A DNA stretch of 64,000 nucleotides from an uncultured Roseburia sp. (GTDB lineage Bacteria > Bacillota > Clostridia > Lachnospirales > Lachnospiraceae), in contig CATZIT010000002.1 in NCBI GenBank assembly GCA_958420225.1, positions 204,865 to 268,864 of the forward strand, given 5' to 3'. The position numbers and the translations under genes were made by a program. Below, one piece after another: positions 1 through 6,865 of this stretch. Positions within the stretch are counted from its first letter, which is position 1. The number at the start of each line of letters is the position of its first letter. Under the pieces are notes generated by a model. The model was not told the origin of the DNA. It made no database searches and worked only from the letters and a program-made list of their open reading frames with translations.

Positions 1-44
1 TTGTGGCTATTGCAGTCGTGTGGGTTCAAGTCCCATCTTCCGCA
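1..44 (+). tRNA. 3' portion of a tRNA gene (long variable arm, T-arm GTGGG-TTCAAGT-CCCAT, acceptor CTTCCGC-A); truncated by the window start; serves as attL core
   Basis: T-loop consensus TTCAAGT with 5-bp T-stem, 7-nt acceptor 3' strand plus discriminator, followed by a hairpin terminator; the same core recurs at 2494-2530 and 3862-3897. Confidence 0.45.
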
Positions 45-56
45 TTCAATGAAAAG

Positions 57-97
57 ATGAGGAAACCTTTATTATAGAGGTTCCCTTATTTTTTTGT
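57..97 (+). terminator. rho-independent terminator downstream of the tRNA 3' end (stem GAGGAAACC/GGTTCCC + T-run)
   Basis: GC-rich hairpin followed by TTATTTTTTTG; homologous copies at 2543-2580 and 6234-6272. Confidence 0.6.
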
Positions 98-99
98 TA

Positions 100-975
100 T
101 TATAATGTCTGAACACTGTTGAACACGTTATTCATCTTGCTACCGATAGCTGTTTCGTAGGAACTGGAACGATTGTCCATAGTATCAGTGACATACATAT
201 AATGTTTGGCAGTTGTAGAAAAATCTTTATGTCCAGCAAACATTCTGATTTCTTCATCTGTAAGAACTTTAGATGCTCCCATGTTAGAAATGCAAGTTTT
301 GCGAATGCTATGATTTCCCTTTTGTGGTGTTTTTAACATACGATTTAATCTTCGCAATACATTATTGATTGCATCATTGTTCATTCTGGTTCCATCTTTC
401 GTAAGCATCAAATATTCAGATTTAAAACCACGCATTTGGTTTGCTTGAACAATCATTGAAAAGAATACTTTTGCTTCTTTTATCAAATAAAGTTCTCTAT
501 CCGAATTTATACTTTTTAGATATGGAGAAATTTCATATCCATTTCTTCTGATTTTCCCATTCGACAGTTTTTCATATACTTTAATTTCTTGTCTTTGAAT
601 ATGTACTGTATCTTCTTCAAAATCAGAAACCTTTAAAGCTACAACTTCTCCGACTCGTAAAGCTAATGCGAAGTTTAAGCACACTGCTAAGTAAGCTGTA
701 TTTTTTGTTTTATAGTATTGCTTTATTGCTAATTCTATAAGTCGTGTTTCTTCGTCATTGACAAATACTTGTTCAGTTACAGCTTTTGTAGGGTTAACAG
801 AAAATTTTTTTCGTGATATATTACGAATTAAACGTGATATATTTTGGGTACAAATTTTCTTTTCAATAGCATAATCAAAAAGCATATTCAACAATGACTT
901 CATTTCTTTAAACTGACGTGCAGTCAAATTATATTGTGTAATTTTATTAAGATACCAAGTTTTTAAAGTTGGCAC
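100..975 (-). CDS. tyrosine-type site-specific recombinase/integrase (Tn916-Int-like C-terminus); reading frame stays open upstream to 1305 without an in-frame ATG
   Basis: C-terminal catalytic-domain motifs (…GHKDFSTTAKHYMYV… with the catalytic Tyr region; LRVGEV; HSIRKT) plus adjacency to the tRNA 3' end; N-terminal-like sequence (DNRYRTYLPSTEKDGKRK) lies in frame upstream of the GTG start. Confidence 0.8.
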   Translation of the reverse strand: MPTLKTWYLNKITQYNLTARQFKEMKSLLNMLFDYAIEKKICTQNISRLIRNISRKKFSVNPTKAVTEQVFVNDEETRLIELAIKQYYKTKNTAYLAVCLNFALALRVGEVVALKVSDFEEDTVHIQRQEIKVYEKLSNGKIRRNGYEISPYLKSINSDRELYLIKEAKVFFSMIVQANQMRGFKSEYLMLTKDGTRMNNDAINNVLRRLNRMLKTPQKGNHSIRKTCISNMGASKVLTDEEIRMFAGHKDFSTTAKHYMYVTDTMDNRSSSYETAIGSKMNNVFNSVQTL

Positions 976-1354
976 ATCAATTTTTAAAATTTCATTTTTT
1001 ATGAATGCATCATTCTTATAAAACTTATTCCATACCCAATCTAATTTATTGGCATTAGCTAAAGAGGTATCAGTTGACTTGTATTCAAGAAAATCTGGAT
1101 ATAGATTTTCGATAGTATATACTGGTGCTTTTTGTTCAAGCTTTTTATAGAATTGAATTATTTTATTTTCAAGGTTCTCTTTTGATACACTTGTTATAGG
1201 TTTTCGTTTTCCATCCTTTTCGGTAGATGGAAGATATGTTCTATAACGATTATCTGCTTTTGAAAAATAAACAAAAATCCAATTCCAATGATGATAGTTA
1301 AAAAATTATACATAATTTAGTCTCCTTTCCTAGATGTTGTGGGGCTAGCAAAGT

Positions 1355-1428
1355 GTGACACATTTTTGACGCATGTCAAGGGTATATAAACGCGCTGCGC
1401 GCGCCCTTGACATGTTTTCAAAAATGTG
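1355..1428. repeat. long imperfect palindrome (25-bp arms CACATTTTTGACGCATGTCAAGGG / CCCTTGACATGTTTTCAAAAATGTG) around a GC-rich centre
   Basis: Read directly; lies between the integrase and the upstream hypothetical gene; no flanking T-run. Confidence 0.5.
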
Positions 1429-1457
1429 AAATATGGTAATCAAGCCCCACAAAAGCA

Positions 1458-1904
1458 TTAAGCATCAAGCTTAACGGCGTAATCTTCAGCTCTGAAGTAA
1501 ACATTATTCCTTGAATCAATAAAAGAAATTTGGAGATTTTTAAATGTTACCACGTAATCTGTTTCAGAAAGTTGATTTTCAGTAATTTTTAATGGTGCAT
1601 TTGGAATTTTAACTGAAAATCTGCATCGGGAAAGCGCATCGTATCCCTTTTGTACTTCTGCTTCAATTCGGATAAACGATGATGTTTCTCCAGTTTCTTT
1701 ATCAACGGAAGTTTCTGAACTGATTGAAATCAAATCATTTGGGACATCAGAAAGAGTCGTTTCGACGTAATTTTTCATTGCGGAATATATAGTTTTTTTC
1801 AATATTATCACCTCACAAATGATATAAAAAATGTTTATTAATTTCTCTAACAAGCTTGCTATGCTAATATTATATGGTACTAAAATTGAGTAGTCTATTA
1901 GCAA
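1458..1904 (-). CDS. hypothetical protein (island cargo, 148 aa)
   Basis: ORF only; no recognisable motif. Confidence 0.4.
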   Translation of the reverse strand: MLIDYSILVPYNISIASLLEKLINIFYIICEVIILKKTIYSAMKNYVETTLSDVPNDLISISSETSVDKETGETSSFIRIEAEVQKGYDALSRCRFSVKIPNAPLKITENQLSETDYVVTFKNLQISFIDSRNNVYFRAEDYAVKLDA

Positions 1905-2036
1905 AAGAAAACGAAAATTTTAAGTTGGAAATCAAATAGTCGAGTTGGTTCTCGAAATAATAGAGTGCAATAATTTTTTTAAAAAAATGAATATAGAAAT
2001 CATCATTTTATTAAAAATCGTTAATGCCGTGAATTG

Positions 2037-2058
2037 TCTTTGTGCAATTTGCACAAAG
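2037..2058. promoter_or_regulatory. perfect 10-bp inverted repeat CTTTGTGCAA-N2-TTGCACAAAG in a divergent AT-rich intergenic region (putative operator)
   Basis: Palindrome read directly between divergent ORFs 1904(-) and 2163(+). Confidence 0.4.
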
Positions 2059-2162
2059 CAAACTTACGATAATGTATCAGTTTGAAATTCATCTAGCAAA
2101 TAGAACATTATTAGTGTATACTTGCTCTATAAATAGAAAGTTATATGTGGAGGAGGATTATT

Positions 2163-2411
2163 ATGAATACAGTTAGAATGATTTTATGTGGAAATGTTGA
2201 AGATAGCAGAATGAATCCAAGTGAAAAGGTAGGAGTAGTATCAGTGGTTTTTGTTTCTACAGAGGAGGAAAAAATTAAGAATAAACTTAAAAAATTGCAA
2301 GATAAAAATCCTGAAAAATTTTATATGGAATACGTTACTCCATTAGATGTTGACTTAACAAGTTTAGAACACTATCCATCGATTGAAATATCAAAAAATG
2401 ATTTACAATAA
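2163..2411 (+). CDS. small hypothetical protein (82 aa)
   Basis: ORF with RBS GGAGGAGGA 6 nt upstream of ATG at 2163. Confidence 0.4.
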   Translation: MNTVRMILCGNVEDSRMNPSEKVGVVSVVFVSTEEEKIKNKLKKLQDKNPEKFYMEYVTPLDVDLTSLEHYPSIEISKNDLQ

Positions 2412-2493
2412 CAACTTTCAGTTTGTGAAGTTGAACACCTTTTTGAACACGTTATGATAGAAGTACACTGAAAGCCTTTCTGTTATTCGGTTG

Positions 2494-2530
2494 GTTTGTG
2501 GAGCAATGGGTTCAAGTCCCATCTTCCGCA
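2494..2530 (+). repeat. second copy of the tRNA 3'-end att core (GTTTGTGGAGCAATGGGTTCAAGTCCCATCTTCCGCA)
   Basis: 37-nt match to 3862-3897 and 23-nt match to 22-44. Confidence 0.7.
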
Positions 2531-2542
2531 TTATATGAAGAG

Positions 2543-2580
2543 AAAAGGAAGCCTTTCATTATGGAGGGCTTCCTTTTTTT
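2543..2580 (+). terminator. hairpin terminator homologous to the one at 57-97
   Basis: AAGGAAGCC…GGCTTCC + T7. Confidence 0.55.
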
Positions 2581-2599
2581 GCGTTGTGCTTTAACCTGT

Positions 2600-2716
2600 G
2601 CAAGACATTGTAATTTCACAATAAAGGATTATCGATTTCGGGATTATCTGGCAAATGTATTGTTGGTAGTGTATACTTATTTTACAAAGTCGGAATTTTT
2701 ATGTGTAAAGGAGAAA
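2600..2716 (+). promoter_or_regulatory. conserved ~115-bp leader module, copy A (TTCACAATAAA…GATTATCTGGCAAAT…TATTG(T)TGGT(A)GTGTATA…TTTTACAAAGTCGGAATT)
   Basis: Alignable to 3900-4026 and partly to 5560-5618; sits immediately upstream of a CDS. Confidence 0.5.
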
Positions 2717-2719
2717 CGA

Positions 2720-3238
2720 ATGAAACTACTTGTGATAGATATACAAAAAGGAATAACAGATAGTAGACTTTTTAATTTTGAAGCGTTTATTGATGATACT
2801 ATAAGAATTATAAAAGCAGCTAGAGATAATCAAATAGAGGTTATCTATTTTCAACATGATGATGGACCAGGAACGGGGTTTTCAATCGGTGATGATGACT
2901 TTGAAATTGCAGAACAAGTGATTCCAAAGGATGGGGAAAAGATATTTATAAAAAATATCAATAGTTGTTTTGGAAATAAAGATTTTACAGATTATGTTAA
3001 AGATGATAACACATTAATGATAGTGGGACTACAGACAAACTTCTGTATAGATGCAACTGTGAAATCTGCTTTTGAAAGAGGATATAAAGTAATTGTTCCA
3101 CAAGGGGCAAATTCAACATTTGATAATGACTATATGACTGGAGAAGAAACCTATAAATATTACAATGATATGATGTGGCCAACGAGATATGCTACATGTG
3201 TATCTGTTGATGAAGCAATTCAATTGATGGAAAGTTAA
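2720..3238 (+). CDS. isochorismatase-family cysteine hydrolase
   Basis: MKLLVIDIQ… start with RBS AAAGGAG; IVGLQTNFCIDATVKSAFERGYKV matches the isochorismatase-family catalytic Cys region. Confidence 0.75.
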   Translation: MKLLVIDIQKGITDSRLFNFEAFIDDTIRIIKAARDNQIEVIYFQHDDGPGTGFSIGDDDFEIAEQVIPKDGEKIFIKNINSCFGNKDFTDYVKDDNTLMIVGLQTNFCIDATVKSAFERGYKVIVPQGANSTFDNDYMTGEETYKYYNDMMWPTRYATCVSVDEAIQLMES

Positions 3239-3257
3239 ATCTGGAATTGACAAGGAG

Positions 3258-3848
3258 ATGTCTATGCATATTAAATTGAAATATGGAAATACGAATACAT
3301 TCTTTATTCGCGGAATGAGTGGAAATTTACTAGTTGATACAGACTATGCAGGGACATTGCCTACATTTTATAGAGCCATTAAAGATTGCAAAATAAAAAT
3401 AAGCGATATTACTTATATTTTGGCAACACATTATCATCCTGACCATATTGGCTTGGTAAGCGAATTGATGAATCAAGGAGTTAAGCTTCTTGTAATAGAC
3501 ATACAATGCTCCTATATACATTTTGCGGATAACATTTTTGCTAGAGATAAGAAATTGGCTTATGAACCTATTCATGCGGATAATGCAATCATCATCAGCA
3601 CAGAGGAAAGCAGAGTATTTCTTAGAAATATAGGCATTGATGGGGAAATTGTAGCCACTACAAGTCACAGTGAGGACAGCATATCTCTCATTTTAGATAG
3701 TGGCGAATGTTTTGTTGGAGATTTAGAGCCTGTTGAATATCTTGGTGCTTATGAACAAAATGATAGGCTAAAATATGATTGGGAACTTGTTATGCATTAT
3801 GCTCCTAAAAAAATTTATTATGCCCACGCAAATGAAAAAATACTGTGA
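3258..3848 (+). CDS. MBL-fold metallo-hydrolase
   Basis: HYHPDH (HxHxDH) zinc-binding motif. Confidence 0.75.
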   Translation: MSMHIKLKYGNTNTFFIRGMSGNLLVDTDYAGTLPTFYRAIKDCKIKISDITYILATHYHPDHIGLVSELMNQGVKLLVIDIQCSYIHFADNIFARDKKLAYEPIHADNAIIISTEESRVFLRNIGIDGEIVATTSHSEDSISLILDSGECFVGDLEPVEYLGAYEQNDRLKYDWELVMHYAPKKIYYAHANEKIL

Positions 3849-3861
3849 TTGACAGTTTCAA

Positions 3862-3897
3862 GTTTGTGGAGCAATGGGTTCAAGTCCCATCTTCCGC
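3862..3897 (+). repeat. third copy of the tRNA 3'-end att core
   Basis: Identical 36 nt to 2494-2529. Confidence 0.7.
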
Positions 3898-3899
3898 GT

Positions 3900-4026
3900 A
3901 AGTTCACAATAAAAGATAAGATATCAAATTCGAGATTATCTGGCAAATATAGAAGTATTGGTGTATATTTGTTTTGTAAAGCGGGATTGACCGAGCTGGT
4001 TCGATATACGAAACGGAAGGTATTGA
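3900..4026 (+). promoter_or_regulatory. conserved leader module, copy B
   Basis: Contains TTCACAATAAA, GATTATCTGGCAAAT and TATTGGTGTATATTTGTTTTGTAAAGCGGGATT. Confidence 0.5.
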
Positions 4027-4032
4027 TTGAAT

Positions 4033-4647
4033 ATGAGTAAATTCACGGAATATATAGGGAAACAATTTGGAAATCCACATGGTTTTGTTGGTAAAGTTTG
4101 TTGTGCCATAATGAATATTATTAATAAAGCTATGTATAGGAAGACAGTTTCACTGCTTCCTATATCTGATAATGATAATGTATTGGATATTGGTTATGGA
4201 AATGGATATTTGCTCAAGTGTATTTACAAGAAAGCAAAAGTTAATCTATATGGCATAGATATTTCCGAAGATATGAAAGTTCTGGCAAGTAAAAGAAACA
4301 AAAAAGCGATGAGTGACGGAAGATTGTTTCTTGAGATTGGGGATTGCTGCAAGCTGAAATATGCAGAAAAATATTTTGATGCAATTACATCAATTAATAC
4401 AGTTTATTTCTGGAGTGATACGGTAAAAGGTTTATCGGAAATATATAGAACGCTTAAAGAAGATTCTTCATTTTATAATGTTGTATATACAAAGGAATGG
4501 CTGGACAAACTTTCGTATACAGAGAAAGGGTTTAAAAAATATGAGCCGGAGCAGTTGATTGAATTTGGAAAACAAGCTGGATTTGATAATATTGAAGTTA
4601 GGGAGATTTTAAAGGGAAAAAGTTTTGTTGTGATTTATACGAAGTGA
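4033..4647 (+). CDS. class I SAM-dependent methyltransferase
   Basis: Motif I LDIGYGNGY; ORF track offers a TTG start at 4027. Confidence 0.75.
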   Translation: MSKFTEYIGKQFGNPHGFVGKVCCAIMNIINKAMYRKTVSLLPISDNDNVLDIGYGNGYLLKCIYKKAKVNLYGIDISEDMKVLASKRNKKAMSDGRLFLEIGDCCKLKYAEKYFDAITSINTVYFWSDTVKGLSEIYRTLKEDSSFYNVVYTKEWLDKLSYTEKGFKKYEPEQLIEFGKQAGFDNIEVREILKGKSFVVIYTK

Positions 4648-4692
4648 TTCTGAAAATTTATTATCAGCAAAAGCGCGGGGGAGCACAGAATT

Positions 4693-5503
4693 ATGGTTGA
4701 TAAAAGATATTATGAGAAACTGGATGGCTTTTCTTAGGTCTTAGGTGAACTGAGAAAGAAGATTGGCACACAACAGACGGATGTTATGATGACGGATGCC
4801 GTAACCCTTTGCAACGAATTATGTGAAAAATATAAAGTTCTGCCTAAAAAGGAGAGGATACATACCGAACAGATGATATTCCCGAGAGCTGCCTTTTATC
4901 TACAGATGATGAAATATATTTCACGCGAAGAAGCACTCAGTTCATCATTTAGCAGTTTTTGTATCAAGATTATGGCAAATCCATATATTTTGTGAAGGTA
5001 ATACCAGAACTACAGCAGTGTTTTTTATTAAGTATTTGCGCACATTAGGATTTGATGCTACAAATGATATTTTTGCTGAGAATGCATGGTACTTTAGGAA
5101 TTCTTTGGTAAGAGCAAATTATAATAATCTGAAAAACGGTGTTCATGAAACTACAGAATATTTAGAGTTGTTTCTTAGAAATTTGCTTTTGGATGAAAAG
5201 AATGAGCTTCATAATCGTTCCATGCACATAAGTGGGTTGCTAAAATCGGACATTGAAGATACAAAATCGGACATTGAAAAGTGTTTGGCAAATATTGACG
5301 AATCTGTTAGAAATAAAACTGCTATGCATGTAGTTACTTTGTTTGAAAAATGTGGTAGAGATACTATCTTCGGACGTTCTATTGTTGAACAGGTCACTGG
5401 ATTAAAATCATCTCGTGCATCAGAAATCATAAATCTGATGTTGGAGAATGAAATAATAGAGTCTGTTAAAGGTCATGGAAAAGGGAAATATAGATTCAAG
5501 TGA
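4693..5503 (+). pseudogene. Fic/DOC-family protein gene disrupted by an in-frame stop (TAG 4735) and a frameshift near 4915-4960
   Basis: Fic motif HIFCEGNTRTTAVFF (HxFxEGNxR) is read in frame 2, whereas the N-terminal part is in frame 1. Confidence 0.55.
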
Positions 5504-5570
5504 TTGAGAGATAAAATTCAGTTTATAAAATTGCCCAAGTGGCTATATAAAAAATGGAAAGATATATAAT

Positions 5571-5603
5571 TATTGGTGTATATTTGTTTTATCAATCGGG
5601 ATT
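5571..5603 (+). promoter_or_regulatory. conserved leader motif, copy C (TATTGGTGTATATTTGTTTTATCAATCGGGATT)
   Basis: 31/33 identical to 3957-3988; 15 nt upstream of the ATG at 5619. Confidence 0.5.
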
Positions 5604-5618
5604 TGGAGGTAAAATTAT

Positions 5619-6167
5619 ATGATACAACTTGATAATTTTGTTAATATGATGACGGGACATTTTAATAACAAAGAACAGTTTGATATGATGCAGGCAACAG
5701 GAAAAATATATCCTTATGCAGAACATATAAATACCGTTTGTAATGATAAAGTAAAAAATCTTCCTAAGGATTTCAATGGCAAATTTGTTGTTGAAGAAAG
5801 CTATTATGAAACGAACGGTAAACGTCATGCTTCACCGCATCTTTTTCTTATCACAGAAAGCGAGAATGGAATTTTGCTTTCATCTTACGAAATTCCGGAA
5901 GGAGAAGATAAAAATACATTTTCATACAAGACTATGAAAAATGTTGATTATAGTGAATTGAAAAAATCTGAAAAGTTTACCCCGGCACTTTACCATGAAA
6001 AGGATGGTGCATGGGAAGGAGGCAGCACAAGCCGGTTTTCACCAGTCATGACATTTAAACTTTGGGAAAAATTTTCGGACAGTCGTTTGGAAGTATCTGA
6101 AAGTATGGATGTTAATGGAAAGAGGACATTTGGATATGATGATCCAATCATTTATAAGAGAGTGTAA
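5619..6167 (+). CDS. CpcT/CpeT-like (DUF1001) protein
   Basis: N-terminus MTGHFNNKEQFDMMQATGKIYPYAEHINTV resembles the CpcT signature MAGDFSNQAQAF…FYAHIRV. Confidence 0.5.
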   Translation: MIQLDNFVNMMTGHFNNKEQFDMMQATGKIYPYAEHINTVCNDKVKNLPKDFNGKFVVEESYYETNGKRHASPHLFLITESENGILLSSYEIPEGEDKNTFSYKTMKNVDYSELKKSEKFTPALYHEKDGAWEGGSTSRFSPVMTFKLWEKFSDSRLEVSESMDVNGKRTFGYDDPIIYKRV

Positions 6168-6233
6168 CATGGGAGTTGCCGGTATCGCATTTGTTATGAT
6201 TAAGTCGGGAGAGAAAAAATGAGATAGCAGCTG

Positions 6234-6272
6234 AAAAAGGAAACCTTTTATGACAGAGGTTTCTTTTTTGCG
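6234..6272 (+). terminator. hairpin terminator, third homolog of the tRNA-downstream terminator
   Basis: AAAAGGAAACCTTTTATGACAGAGGTTTCTTTTTTGCG is alignable to 2543-2582. Confidence 0.55.
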
Positions 6273-6416
6273 TTCCATATCTGAGCATGATATAATGAGC
6301 GAAAGAACTACTTACTCGAACAGATGATTGGAAGTATGAAAGAAAACCCCGTGATTACAGAAGCCGATAAGAAAAAATATCTGGTATTTGAGGAGCTCAA
6401 ATAGGGGCAGTTATTA

Positions 6417-6677
6417 TGATAAGAGGACTACAAGAAGCAGATATCATGAAAGTGGCAGACTATGGCTGGATATGTGTATGAGAGTAAGGGGAAAATACAG
6501 GGATTTGTAGGATTAAACGGAGAATATATGGAAGGCATTTTTGTGTGTGATAAATTGCAGTCACAGGGCATAGGAAAACTTCTGCTGGATTTTGTAAAGA
6601 AAAGCCGGATATGCCTACATTGTTTGATGGATGCAGCTCTGGGAGGAAAACATAAAAGATTGAATATTGGAATTTGA
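6417..6677 (+). pseudogene. GNAT acetyltransferase remnant (N-terminal piece in one frame, C-terminal piece with QSQGIGKLLL in another; middle missing)
   Basis: MIRGLQEADIMKV… stops at 6480; frame-shifted continuation carries GNAT motif A. Confidence 0.45.
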
Positions 6678-6865
6678 TATGATAAAGTAATGGAAATATC
6701 TTATTTGAAAGAGGTGAAATCAATATGAAATTTATCCGAGGTAACGACTCAGTACAGTTGATGTAAACTGTTGGCAGATTGTGCTGAGGTGAAAAGAAAC
6801 TTGCTGGCAGTCGTTGACTGTACTGTCCTTATGATTGAAATACGATAATATAAAGGAGTACAGTT

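Larger units (their letters stand above)
1..3900. mobile_element. tRNA-integrated genomic island(s) bounded by three direct copies of the tRNA 3'-end att core; integrase-bearing unit 45-2493 plus an integrase-less unit 2531-3861
   Basis: Direct repeats GGGTTCAAGTCCCATCTTCCGC at 22-44, 2508-2530 and 3875-3897; integrase adjacent to the first copy. Confidence 0.55.

Noticed and set aside
2498-2719. N-terminal extension of the isochorismatase-like ORF back to 2498
   Set aside because: The extension runs through the att repeat and the terminator hairpin. A strong RBS precedes the internal ATG at 2720, which gives a typical family N-terminus (MKLLVIDIQ).
3849-4040. 63-aa ORF spanning the third att core and leader module
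   Set aside because: It coincides with non-coding repeat DNA shared with 2530-2716, where no equivalent ORF exists.
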